Source of the DNA: a virus
Lineage: Duplodnaviria > Caudoviricetes
Strand: one strand, 5' to 3'
DNA length: 62,289 nucleotides
Virus record (IMG/VR): IMGVR_UViG_3300046009_002641
Location: 1 to 62,289 of that record
Numbering within the stretch: the stretch's first letter is position 1; each line of letters starts with the position of its first letter. Under the pieces are notes generated by a model. That model was not told the origin of the DNA. It saw only the letters and a program-made list of their open reading frames with translations, and did no database searches. Of this stretch, positions 20,681-30,442 are shown one piece after another. Made by a program: the position numbers and the translations under genes.

Positions 20681-21075
20681 TGCCATACGGAACGATATTA
20701 ACGGATACGATACAGTCCAGCACGGCTGGAACGCCTCCGCAGTTCAACGACGGCAATAGCGTTCAAGTCGGGACGTTGTGCCGCGCTTGGGTTAATTTTA
20801 ATGGAACCGGGACGGTCGCTATACGCGGGTCATTTAATGTTTCAAGCATAACTGATAACGGGACCGGTGATTATACTGTGAATTTTACTAATTCTATTTC
20901 TGATTCTAACTATGCCCCTGTGGTTACATTGGGTGATTATTTTACTGTCGGAGAATCTGGCGGAGGATATTCAAACGCAACTAGACTTACGAGTAGTTTT
21001 AGAGTCAGAACTCTGAATGCCCCGCAGTCTGTAACACAGGATACCGACACTATTTACGTCGCCGTTTTCCGCTGA
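20680..21075 (+). CDS. Tail fibre tip module
   Basis: CRAWVNFNG...SFNVSSITDNGTGDYTVNF motif. Confidence 0.8.
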   Translation: MPYGTILTDTIQSSTAGTPPQFNDGNSVQVGTLCRAWVNFNGTGTVAIRGSFNVSSITDNGTGDYTVNFTNSISDSNYAPVVTLGDYFTVGESGGGYSNATRLTSSFRVRTLNAPQSVTQDTDTIYVAVFR

Positions 21076-21084
21076 GGACATGAC

Positions 21085-21510
21085 ATGGTAGCCACAATCA
21101 ACGCATCTGTATCCTCAGCAGGCATCGTAAGCACTGCCGATGCTTCAGGGATTATAAAAATCCAAAGCAATGGCGTGACGACGAATGCGCTGGCGTGGGT
21201 TAATTTTGTTGGCTCAACCGCTGTAATTAGTTCTAGCTACAATGTCAGCAGTATAACGCGCTTTACATCCGGCGGCTATACAATCAACTTCACTAATCCG
21301 CTAGCAAATACGGCATATTGCCCTGTTGCCTCTTGCTGCTCTTTTAGTGCGACGTATCTCTATGCGTTTATGACACCGTTCAGCAATTTTAGTGGGTATG
21401 CTGCGCCGTCAACGTCGGCATTTTCCATGATTGCGGTAGCATCTAACGGTGGCGCGTCTTGGACTGGCGGCGACCCGGCGGTAGTCAGTGTCGCTGTATT
21501 CGGAAACTAA
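21085..21510 (+). CDS. Tail fibre tip module (paralog of 20680..21075)
   Basis: AWVNF...SYNVSSIT...G.YTINF. Confidence 0.8.
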   Translation: MVATINASVSSAGIVSTADASGIIKIQSNGVTTNALAWVNFVGSTAVISSSYNVSSITRFTSGGYTINFTNPLANTAYCPVASCCSFSATYLYAFMTPFSNFSGYAAPSTSAFSMIAVASNGGASWTGGDPAVVSVAVFGN

Positions 21511-21519
21511 GGAACGTCT

Positions 21520-21930
21520 ATGTCACAGGTCATCATATTCACTAATGAACGCGGTGGAGTTTCGGTGTGTGTGCCTACCGGCGAGCTTTCTGTAGAAGCC
21601 GTCAAGGCCAAGGACTGCCCCGCCAATTCCTACATCGTTGATCAGGCCGATCTTCCCAATGAGGACGGCGACTTTTTCGACTCTTGGGAGCAGTCTGGCG
21701 GCGTCGTGACCGTCAACTTCGCCAAGGCTCAGGAGCAGACCAAGTCCCGCCTCCGGTCTGAACGCGCTCCGTTACTGGCCGCTCAGGACGTCGCTTTCCA
21801 GCGCGCTCAGGAAACTGGTGCTGATACGTCGGCTATTGTGGCTGAGAAACAGCGTCTGCGGGATGTCACCAAGCTTGTCGATAGCGCCACGACGCTGACT
21901 GAACTGCGCGCCCTCAAGGCGGAGGCTTAA
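21520..21930 (+). CDS. Tail fibre assembly-type protein
   Basis: R.ERAPLLA..DV.FQRA.E...KQRLRD. Confidence 0.7.
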   Translation: MSQVIIFTNERGGVSVCVPTGELSVEAVKAKDCPANSYIVDQADLPNEDGDFFDSWEQSGGVVTVNFAKAQEQTKSRLRSERAPLLAAQDVAFQRAQETGADTSAIVAEKQRLRDVTKLVDSATTLTELRALKAEA

Positions 21931-21933
21931 TCA

Positions 21934-22446
21934 ATGGCTGTCGTTCTTGATGGAAACAATCTGACGACCACGGGCGTCATAAATAGCGCGACTGCGAAAA
22001 ATTCTACATCGGGAACTTCTATTGATTTTACCGGAATACCGGTAGGCACTGAACGCATTACCGTCATTTTCAACGGTGTTTCGACAAGCGGAACATCCAA
22101 TCCTCAGGTCCAAATAGGGTCTGGCAGCGTGACTACATCTGGGTATGTTGCTGCAAGTAGGGAAACAACAGTAACAACGGCCAGTGTCGGAAGCTATACA
22201 AGCGGTTTTGCTATTGCGTCCGCGGCGGCAACAAATTTTCTTTATGGCACTCTTTCGCTAACATTATTATCGGCTAATACATGGGTATCATCTCATAGTA
22301 TTGGTATGATACAAGGGGCCACAGGATATGCGATTGTTGGTGGAGGCACAGTTACTTTATCGGGCGCATTAGATCGCGTTCGCATCACGACAGTTAACGG
22401 CACAGACACCTTTGACGCTGGCTCTATAAACATTCTCTACGAATAA
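21934..22446 (+). CDS. Tail fibre module
   Basis: STSGTSIDFTGIP...LDRVRITTVNGTDTFDAGSINILYE. Confidence 0.8.
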   Translation: MAVVLDGNNLTTTGVINSATAKNSTSGTSIDFTGIPVGTERITVIFNGVSTSGTSNPQVQIGSGSVTTSGYVAASRETTVTTASVGSYTSGFAIASAAATNFLYGTLSLTLLSANTWVSSHSIGMIQGATGYAIVGGGTVTLSGALDRVRITTVNGTDTFDAGSINILYE

Positions 22447-22456
22447 GGCATAACCG

Positions 22457-22891
22457 ATGGCCGCTACTCTTAAGGTCGATACTATCCAAAACGCTAGTAG
22501 CGCTTTGGCCAATCTGACTCTGAACACAGACGGAACGGTCTCCACGCGCGGCGTTGCGGTTACAGGCCCATCGTCTAATTCTATTTATGCTTTGGGCAAT
22601 CAGTCTGGCACAATTACTATGGATTTTAACAACAGCACCAATCAGTCGATGACTTTGGTTGGCAACTCTACGCTGGCGAATCCTTCTAATATCGTGGCTG
22701 GTATGAGCGGGACGCTGTTCATAACTCAGGATGCTACCGGCAGCCGAACGCTTGCTTATGGGACATACTGGGACTGGCCAAACTCCGGCGTCCCCAGCCT
22801 GACGACGACGGCTAGTGGTGTGGACGTTATTGTCTGGACAGCCCGTTCTACGACGTCGATTGTCGCCCAGATCATCCCCAACATCGGGTAA
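22457..22891 (+). CDS. Tail fibre module
   Basis: TLANPSN..AG.SG..FITQDATGSRTL. Confidence 0.75.
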   Translation: MAATLKVDTIQNASSALANLTLNTDGTVSTRGVAVTGPSSNSIYALGNQSGTITMDFNNSTNQSMTLVGNSTLANPSNIVAGMSGTLFITQDATGSRTLAYGTYWDWPNSGVPSLTTTASGVDVIVWTARSTTSIVAQIIPNIG

Positions 22892-22894
22892 AAT

Positions 22895-25318
22895 ATGTCG
22901 CTCCCTACAAACCCAAACCTCATTATGGGTGGAACATCGCCGTATTATTATGTGCAGAGAAGCTTGAGGTTTAGGGCGAGTGCAACTGCGTATCTTAGTA
23001 GAAATTTATCGTCTGCCAACACTACAAAATGGACGGTATCCTATTGGTTTAAGCCTTCTGCGACAGACGCTTTCTATACCTGTTTCCCCAGTTTTTCTGA
23101 GGCTGTCGAAACAACGGGAGCCGCAAGGCAGGTAGGTATCAGTGGATCTAATTCTGGCGGCAGCCAACTGGCAATATGGAAATACGCTCCTAGCACGTAT
23201 TCCTGCCGAAAAATAACGTCAATGGTTTTCCGTGATCCTTCAGCTTGGTATCATGCTGTTATTATATGGGACACGGCTCAATCTGTAGCTGAGGATAGGG
23301 TTAAGCTCTACATAAACGGAAGCAGAGTAACTAATTGGTCAACAAACACCAATCCCGCACAGAACGAAACATGGCTTTGGAGCATGTTTAGTAATGTTTA
23401 TATTGGTGTTCAGAATAGAAATGGTTCTGCTTTGGCCGGGACATTTTATGATGGCTATATGGCCGAAGTAAATTTTCTTGATGGTTACGCATATGATTCT
23501 TCATATTTCGGCTACAGCGACCCGACAACCGGTGTCTGGATGCCGAAGCGCTATACAGGCAGCTATGGAAATTCTGGTTTTTACCTGCCGTTTTCAAATA
23601 CAACAAATACGACAACTCTTGTCGCGGATCAGTCTGGAAATGGCAATAACTGGACGCCAAACAACATCAGCCTGACATCTGGCGTCACCTACGACTCCAT
23701 GATCGACAGCCCGACCAATTACGCAGATGGCGGTAATGGGCGGGGGAATTATTGCGTTGTCAGCCAAGTAGATAAAAACGCATCATTGTCCGTAACTAAC
23801 GGCAACCTTGCATTTTCATATGGATCTGCGGCGTGGATCGCGGCTAGAGGCACTATTGGTATAACGTCAGGAAAGTGGTATTGGGAATTTACGCCGACAT
23901 CAGCTTCTTCTCATTGCAATGGTATTTCGACAAAGGATAGTAATTTAGCTGATGTTTTGGGAAGCAATGCTAGTGGCTGGGGCTATTGGCAGGCAGGATA
24001 TAAATATAATAGTGGATCTCCTGTATTATATGGTGCTACCTATACAACTAATGATGTTATTGGCGTTGCATTTGATGCAGACGCAGGCACTTTAACATTT
24101 TACAAAAATGGCGTCAGTCAAGGAACGGCGTTTAGCGGATTAGCTGCCAATACATATTTCCCTGCTGTTAGTGTTAATGCCGGTTCGTGCGCAATAAATT
24201 TCGGTCAAAGACCATTCTCCTATACGCCCCCATCCGGCTTCGCCGCATTAAACACCCAAAATCTCAGCACGCCGACGATTCTGAACGGTGCGAATTATAT
24301 GGCGGCGACGACGTATACGGGTAATGGATCTACGCTTGCAGTAAGCAATCAAACCAGTAGCGGCAATAATCCGCTTCAGGTTCCGATGCAGCCGGATTTT
24401 GTTTGGATTAAATCAAGATCAAACGCATACAATCATCTTCTCTTTGATGTCGTCCGTGGTGTTGGTAAGGGATTAATATCAAATTCCACAAGCGGCGAAG
24501 GTGGAGACCCCGGAAATTGGCTTGGGTCATTTAATACAAACGGCTTTTCGGTAAATACTACTTTCGGCGGCGGCACAGACCCCAGCACTAATGGTAATGG
24601 AGCCACATTTGTCGGATGGCAATGGCAGGCCGGTAAGGGCTCATCCTCAATCCCGTCAGGCGGCACAATCACGCCGACAGGCGCGAGCATAAATACGACT
24701 GCTGGGTTTAGTGTTATTGCTTATCAAATGCCCACGACTGGCTCGTCTTTTACCATCCCGCATGGGCTAGGCGCTGTCCCTAGCATGATAATTCACAAGG
24801 CTCGCAGCACCACATCTAACTGGCAAGTTTACCATACGTCTCTTGGCGCGACTAATGGTGTATGGATCAACCTTACGAATGCCTCTGGCGCGCAAACTTG
24901 GTGGAATAACACATCTCCAACGTCTACTTTGTTTAGCGTTAATAATTCTCTACAGGGCGCTTCCGCCGTCGACATCGTTGCTTATCTCTGGACCGCCATT
25001 CCCGGTTTTTCGGCGTTTGGCAGTTTTACAGCCAACAATTCCACAGACGGGAATTTTATCTATCTTGGTTTTAGGCCGCGATGGATTATGACGAAACAAA
25101 CAAGCGGGTCTGGCGGTAACTGGTTTATATTAGATACATCAAGAAATACTTATAATGTCATGAATAATATTCTTGATGCCAATCTGGCTGATGCCGAAAG
25201 AACCGCAAATATATGGGACGTAACATCAAATGGCATGAAACTTAGAATAGCTTTGTCAGGTGATTTTGTGTATGCCGCTTTCGCGGAGAACCCATTCAAG
25301 GTAAGTAGGGCCAGATAA
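22895..25318 (+). CDS. Large tail protein with LamG/concanavalin-like and SPRY-like domains
   Basis: RSLRF, FRDPSAWYH, SGKWYWE, DVIGVAFD, NFGQRPF, PDFVWIK, YAAFAENPF. Confidence 0.85.
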   Translation: MSLPTNPNLIMGGTSPYYYVQRSLRFRASATAYLSRNLSSANTTKWTVSYWFKPSATDAFYTCFPSFSEAVETTGAARQVGISGSNSGGSQLAIWKYAPSTYSCRKITSMVFRDPSAWYHAVIIWDTAQSVAEDRVKLYINGSRVTNWSTNTNPAQNETWLWSMFSNVYIGVQNRNGSALAGTFYDGYMAEVNFLDGYAYDSSYFGYSDPTTGVWMPKRYTGSYGNSGFYLPFSNTTNTTTLVADQSGNGNNWTPNNISLTSGVTYDSMIDSPTNYADGGNGRGNYCVVSQVDKNASLSVTNGNLAFSYGSAAWIAARGTIGITSGKWYWEFTPTSASSHCNGISTKDSNLADVLGSNASGWGYWQAGYKYNSGSPVLYGATYTTNDVIGVAFDADAGTLTFYKNGVSQGTAFSGLAANTYFPAVSVNAGSCAINFGQRPFSYTPPSGFAALNTQNLSTPTILNGANYMAATTYTGNGSTLAVSNQTSSGNNPLQVPMQPDFVWIKSRSNAYNHLLFDVVRGVGKGLISNSTSGEGGDPGNWLGSFNTNGFSVNTTFGGGTDPSTNGNGATFVGWQWQAGKGSSSIPSGGTITPTGASINTTAGFSVIAYQMPTTGSSFTIPHGLGAVPSMIIHKARSTTSNWQVYHTSLGATNGVWINLTNASGAQTWWNNTSPTSTLFSVNNSLQGASAVDIVAYLWTAIPGFSAFGSFTANNSTDGNFIYLGFRPRWIMTKQTSGSGGNWFILDTSRNTYNVMNNILDANLADAERTANIWDVTSNGMKLRIALSGDFVYAAFAENPFKVSRAR

Positions 25319-25803
25319 TGTTTATCCTAGACGGAAAAGTCCTCCACATCGACGTTGCTTTTGAACATGATGGTGTTCAATATCCTGCCAACTGGCTGCG
25401 CCTTTCTACACAAGAAGAGAGGGACGCCATCGGCATCACTGAGGTTGTTGAGCAGCCTCGCCCGGATGATCGTTTTTACTGGGTTTCTGAAAATCCGGAT
25501 GGAACGTGGCAGGCAATTCCCAAAGATTTGGATAGCCTCAAAGCGGCATGGTCCGATCAGTTTAAGCAGACATCTTATTCTATGCTTCTGACTTCCGATT
25601 GGCTGGTTGTTCGCAAGGCTGAGATTGGAACTGACATTCCTTCTGACTGGTCCACATACCGCGAATCAGTCCGGACGACTTGCGCTCTGGCGATAACCGA
25701 TCTGGAGGCTACCACGGATATTGACGCATTTATTGCGTCTGTTACATCTGTGCAGTGGCCGGCATCACCCGGTCAGCAGCCCGGAGTTTCTAGTGGACAA
25801 TAA
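25318..25803 (+). CDS. Tail assembly chaperone-like protein
   Basis: QYPANWL, L..SDW.V.R..E, YRE.VR, WP. Confidence 0.75.
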   Translation: MFILDGKVLHIDVAFEHDGVQYPANWLRLSTQEERDAIGITEVVEQPRPDDRFYWVSENPDGTWQAIPKDLDSLKAAWSDQFKQTSYSMLLTSDWLVVRKAEIGTDIPSDWSTYRESVRTTCALAITDLEATTDIDAFIASVTSVQWPASPGQQPGVSSGQ

Positions 25804-25957
25804 GAACATCACCGTTACGCTGACGGTTGCTGAGTGGAATGTTATCCTAAATGCTTTAGGAAAGCAGCCCTACATCGATGTTGTTAATATCATTCAGGCC
25901 ATGAATGAGCAGGCCAAGGATCAGCTTAATCCTCCGAAAGAGCCTGAATCTGAATGA
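25793..25957 (+). CDS. Small hypothetical protein
   Basis: GGAG RBS before GTG 25793; E.N.IL.ALG..PY motif. Confidence 0.65.
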   Translation: MDNKNITVTLTVAEWNVILNALGKQPYIDVVNIIQAMNEQAKDQLNPPKEPESE

Positions 25958-27015
25958 AGATTTGCGTTTACGCGATAGCCAAGAATGAGGCGCAGTTTGT
26001 TCAGCGCTTTGTTGAAAGCGCTATTGACGCAGATTTGGTCCTGATTTGCGACACGGGTAGCACGGACGGAACCGCGCTCAAGGCTAGACTTCATGGCGCA
26101 ACTGTTCGTTCTATCTGTATCAGTCCTTGGCGTTTTGATCTTGCTCGCAACGCTGCTCTTGCTCTTGTTCCTTCAGATATTGATATCTGTGTCTCTCTTG
26201 ACTTGGATGAGGTTTTGGAGCCCGGATGGCGAGAGGAAATTGAGCGGGTCTGGTGTGAGGGCACTACACGCCTGCGCTATATGTTCGACTGGGGGATGGG
26301 CGTAAGGTTCCAGTATGAGAAGATCCATGCCCGGCATGGCTATCACTGGCACCATCCCTGTCATGAGTATCCAAGGCCCGATGGACGGATCACTGAACAA
26401 TACGCATATACAGACAAGCTTCTGGTGTCCCATCACCCGGACCCATCAAAAAGTCGTGGCCAGTATCTGGATTTACTCAAACTTTCGGTTGCCGAAGATC
26501 CTTTCTGTCCCCGGAATGCGTTCTACTATGCCCGTGAATTGTCATTTCATGGCCGGTGGGATGAGGCAATTAGTGAGTGTCAAAGGTATCTGGCCCTCCC
26601 CAATGCCAACTGGGCTAATGAGCGTTGCTATGCCTACCGTGTAATGGGCAAATGCCATGAGGAGCTTGGACAGCCGGTAGATGCTGAAAAAGTCTACCAC
26701 TTGGCCTGTGCTGAGGCTCCAAATACCCGTGAACCTTGGTGCGAGATAGCCCTTCTTATGTATCGGCAGTCCCGCTGGGCCGAATGTTTGGCCTACTCTT
26801 TAAGAGCGCTCCAGATTGTGGATCGGGAACTGGTCTATACCTGTGATCCGGCTGTCTGGGGTCATTGGGCTGATGACCTCGCTGCCGTTAGCGCTTGGCA
26901 ATTGGGTCTAAAGGAACTGGCCCTTAAGCATTCACAAGCCGCTGTGGAAAAGTCCCCGGATGACGCCCGACTTCAAAGAAATTTGAGGCTGATCCAAGGG
27001 TTGGAAAAAGACTGA
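25954..27015 (+). CDS. Family-2 glycosyltransferase with TPR repeats
   Basis: YAIAKNE, DTGSTDGT, F..ARN, DLDE (DxD), HE; C-terminal helical repeats. Confidence 0.9.
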   Translation: MKICVYAIAKNEAQFVQRFVESAIDADLVLICDTGSTDGTALKARLHGATVRSICISPWRFDLARNAALALVPSDIDICVSLDLDEVLEPGWREEIERVWCEGTTRLRYMFDWGMGVRFQYEKIHARHGYHWHHPCHEYPRPDGRITEQYAYTDKLLVSHHPDPSKSRGQYLDLLKLSVAEDPFCPRNAFYYARELSFHGRWDEAISECQRYLALPNANWANERCYAYRVMGKCHEELGQPVDAEKVYHLACAEAPNTREPWCEIALLMYRQSRWAECLAYSLRALQIVDRELVYTCDPAVWGHWADDLAAVSAWQLGLKELALKHSQAAVEKSPDDARLQRNLRLIQGLEKD

Positions 27016-27079
27016 TTTTATTGTAAAAATATAGGGGCCGATTTTATGCGCCTCTCCCAACTCGCGGAGCTTTTCCAAA

Positions 27080-27316
27080 ATGGATTCCCAGATGATGATT
27101 AACCTCGCAGCCGGGGCGGTTCTGGCGGGGTTAGGATGGTTTGCGCGCGTCCTATGGGAAGCCGTCAATAAGCTTCAGGAAGATCTACACCAATTAGAGG
27201 TTGAGCTTCCAAGCCATTATCTGCGCCGCGATGAGTTTCATGATACCATGAAAGAAATCAAAGAGATGCTTGGCAAAATCTTTGATCGTCTGGATACTAA
27301 AGCGGACAAGCAATAA
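27080..27316 (+). CDS. Small single-TM coiled-coil membrane protein
   Basis: N-terminal hydrophobic helix, then LP..Y..RDEF...IFDRLD.KADK. Confidence 0.7.
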   Translation: MDSQMMINLAAGAVLAGLGWFARVLWEAVNKLQEDLHQLEVELPSHYLRRDEFHDTMKEIKEMLGKIFDRLDTKADKQ

Positions 27317-28029
27317 TGGCGCTTGATTACACCACTTACGTCGCTCAGATCTCCAACATCATGTCGGTAGATCCTGCGACGACGCAGTTTCAGACGATGC
27401 TGCCCGGCATGATTGCCTACGCTGAGCAACGGATTTACCGTGAGCTTGACCTTTTGAACACTGTGGTTAGGAATGATACAGCCACTCTAATTGCTTTTAG
27501 CCGAAACTTCACCCTTCCGACGACGTCAAACGGCAATTTCATTACGCTTCAGGGCATTAATCTGGTCACTCCGGCGGGCGTTGCGACGATTGCCACTGGC
27601 GTTAGAAATCCTCTTCAGCCCGCTACCAGAGACTTTTTGGATTCGGTCTGGAATAGCGCCACGGGGGCGACACTCCCGAAGCTGTTTGCCATGATCGACC
27701 AGTTCAACATTATTGTTGGGCCTTGGCCAGACGCGGCTTATCAGGTTGAAGTGATCGGGACGATTCGCCCGAATCCGCTGACATCGACCAATAGCACGAC
27801 GTTCCTGACGGACTACCTACCGGATCTGTTTATTGCGGCCAGCATGATTTTTGCCTCTGGCTATCAGCGCGACTTTGGCTCTCAGGCTGACAACCCGGCG
27901 CAAGCGGTATCTTGGGAAAGCCAATATGAGAAGCTGTTTGCGTCTGCTAATGCGGAAGAAATGAGAAAGAAGTTTGCTGGCCCCGGCTGGACAAGCCTTT
28001 CTGCCATTGCCAATCCTCCGGTGAGATAA
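27316..28029 (+). CDS. Second head-tail adaptor-like protein
   Basis: I..AEQRIYREL, GP.PD..Y.VE, T.FL....PDL. Confidence 0.7.
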   Translation: MALDYTTYVAQISNIMSVDPATTQFQTMLPGMIAYAEQRIYRELDLLNTVVRNDTATLIAFSRNFTLPTTSNGNFITLQGINLVTPAGVATIATGVRNPLQPATRDFLDSVWNSATGATLPKLFAMIDQFNIIVGPWPDAAYQVEVIGTIRPNPLTSTNSTTFLTDYLPDLFIAASMIFASGYQRDFGSQADNPAQAVSWESQYEKLFASANAEEMRKKFAGPGWTSLSAIANPPVR

Positions 28030-28030
28030 A

Positions 28031-30070
28031 ATGCCATTTGAAACCCTGCGGATCATCCCCAGCGTTGACGTCGAAAAGACGCTGGCCGATAACGCGCAAG
28101 GCATTTCTGAATCTAATTATATCCGTTGGCGGGATAAGATCCCGGAAAAACGCGGTGGCTGCCAGCTATTCACCAATACCCAATTCAACGGATATATCAC
28201 CGATCTACATGCGTGGCAGGGGCTTGGAACTAAATATCTAGGAATTGGCACAACAACCAATCTATATTATTTCTCCAATAACAACGCCATCGACATTACG
28301 CCAAGATACAAAACAACCAATTTCCCGGTTGACGTATCTTGCACATCAGGGTCCAATCAGTTTGAGATTATTGATGCTGACTTTAGCCCTTCGACGTTTG
28401 ATACGGTTGTAATCAATACGCCCATATCAATCGGTGGCGTCATATTAAGTGGACCATACAAGGTCTATCAGCTTACTGGCGTAGATTCTTACATTATTCT
28501 TGCCGCTCAAAACGCAACGTCTACCGTTAATAATGGCGGTTCTGTCCCGCAATTTGTAACTTTTTTCAACAGTTCACTTGTGACGGTCAACCTGACAGAT
28601 CATCAGTATCTTGAGGGGCAGATCATATCATTTGTTGTCCCAACTACAGTTGGCGGCATAACGATTGAGGGAAACTACATCGTAGATGACGTAGTTCCGT
28701 TAACATCTTTTAAGATAAGGGCGGCAAATACTGCGTCTACGTCTGATACCGCTTTTATGAACGGCGGTATCGCCAATTACACCTATTGGCATACGCTTGC
28801 CCCGCTTCCGACAGGATCTGGATTTGGCCTTGGAGCCTATGGCTTAGGTGGCTACGGAACGGGTTCGGCCCCTCCGGCCCCTGACCTTGGCGACCAGTTA
28901 CAGGTTGTTGATTATTATTTGGATAACTGGGGCGAGACTCTAATTGTAAGCCCTGAATACTATCCAATATTTACATGGTCTCCGCTTCAGGGGTTCCAAA
29001 ACGCATCTGTTATCACGAACAGCCCCATGCAAAATCTTGGCGCATTTGTCGCCATGCCACAGCAGCAGATTATGGCTTGGGGTTCGACATATACTGGAAT
29101 CAGTGACCCGCTTCAGATCCGCTGGTCAGATGTTGGAAATTACAATGACTGGACGCCCTCTGTAACCAATCAGGCCGGCGGCTATCATATTCCGACAGGT
29201 TCGATCATTAGGCGCGGTATTCAGGGGCCGTCCCAGCAATATTGGTGGACAGATATTGATCTATATGTCGCCCAATATACTGGACCGCCTTTTGTTTATG
29301 GCTTTAGCAAAATTGGAACTGGTTGCGGTCTTGTTTCGTCAAAAGCAGTTGCCCAGTTGGGGTCAACTGTCTATTGGATGAGCCAAAAACAGTTCTTCAT
29401 GACTAGCGGGTCAAATGCTCCTCAGCCTATTCCGTGTTCGGTTTGGGACTTTGTTTTCCAGAATCTTGACTGGAATAATGTGGATAATGTTGAGGCCGCG
29501 CCCAACTCTCAGTTTAACGAAATTAGCTGGTTCTTCCCCTCTGTTAATTCACCAGACGGAGAGAATGACGCATATGTCTGCTACAACGTCCTGTATAATG
29601 AATGGGACTATGGTTATCTGTCTCGCACATCTTGGATCGATCAGTCTGTTCTGACGACGTCTGAGGGGCTTTACGGCCCTATTGGGGCTGGCAGCGATGG
29701 GTATATTTATATCCATGAAACTTCCAACGATAACGCTGGTACACCTATTAATGCTTCGTTCAAAACGGGTTATTTCTCACTGACAAATGGCAATGACCTT
29801 GTCTTTGTTGATTGGGTTCTGCCCGATATGAAGTGGGGCCAATATTCTCAGGCGCAGAATGCTGCGGTGAAAATAACATTCAACGTGACTGATTATGCGG
29901 GGCAAGAGCCTACAGCATATGGTCCGTTCACTTTCACCAAGAATACGCCATATATTGAGCCGCGTTTTCGTGGACGATTTGTTCAGATAGTCGTTGAAAG
30001 CACGGATGCGGGAAGCTTCTGGCGTCTTGGCTCCATCCGCTATCGCTATGCAACAAGTGGCCGCAGATAA
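28031..30070 (+). CDS. Tail nozzle / tail tubular protein B (P22 gp10-like stabilisation protein)
   Basis: EKRGG, DNWGE, IRWSD, N.AG, WTD..LY, CGL, YWM, EI.WFFPS, PRFRGR, WRLG..R, GRR end. Confidence 0.85.
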   Translation: MPFETLRIIPSVDVEKTLADNAQGISESNYIRWRDKIPEKRGGCQLFTNTQFNGYITDLHAWQGLGTKYLGIGTTTNLYYFSNNNAIDITPRYKTTNFPVDVSCTSGSNQFEIIDADFSPSTFDTVVINTPISIGGVILSGPYKVYQLTGVDSYIILAAQNATSTVNNGGSVPQFVTFFNSSLVTVNLTDHQYLEGQIISFVVPTTVGGITIEGNYIVDDVVPLTSFKIRAANTASTSDTAFMNGGIANYTYWHTLAPLPTGSGFGLGAYGLGGYGTGSAPPAPDLGDQLQVVDYYLDNWGETLIVSPEYYPIFTWSPLQGFQNASVITNSPMQNLGAFVAMPQQQIMAWGSTYTGISDPLQIRWSDVGNYNDWTPSVTNQAGGYHIPTGSIIRRGIQGPSQQYWWTDIDLYVAQYTGPPFVYGFSKIGTGCGLVSSKAVAQLGSTVYWMSQKQFFMTSGSNAPQPIPCSVWDFVFQNLDWNNVDNVEAAPNSQFNEISWFFPSVNSPDGENDAYVCYNVLYNEWDYGYLSRTSWIDQSVLTTSEGLYGPIGAGSDGYIYIHETSNDNAGTPINASFKTGYFSLTNGNDLVFVDWVLPDMKWGQYSQAQNAAVKITFNVTDYAGQEPTAYGPFTFTKNTPYIEPRFRGRFVQIVVESTDAGSFWRLGSIRYRYATSGRR

Positions 30071-30429
30071 TGACAGACAATGCTATTATCACAGCAGCGC
30101 AGAATATTGCTGTTGCGATTAACAATTTAGTTAAATCCACTGCTGCTTTAAACGGAACCGCTTCGTCATCTACTTATGCAGGCGCGACCACGATTCAGAT
30201 AACTTTGGGCTCTGGCAGGTTGAATAACGTGACGGTGACTGTGGCCGCTGCTGTAAACATCAGCATTTATAACTCTAAGTCCACTTCGTCCATATCCGCC
30301 GAAAACCTTCTTGCCGTCGTCGATGCAAGCAATGTTGGCACGACGCTCTTGAATAAAAACTACACTGACGGACTTGTTCTTGATGTAGGTGCCGCTGCTG
30401 AAGCGAATATAACTTATTCGCCAGCATAA
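30070..30429 (+). CDS. Small structural protein
   Basis: Translationally coupled; beta-rich. Confidence 0.65.
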   Translation: MTDNAIITAAQNIAVAINNLVKSTAALNGTASSSTYAGATTIQITLGSGRLNNVTVTVAAAVNISIYNSKSTSSISAENLLAVVDASNVGTTLLNKNYTDGLVLDVGAAAEANITYSPA

Positions 30430-30442
30430 ATGGAAAACTGCA

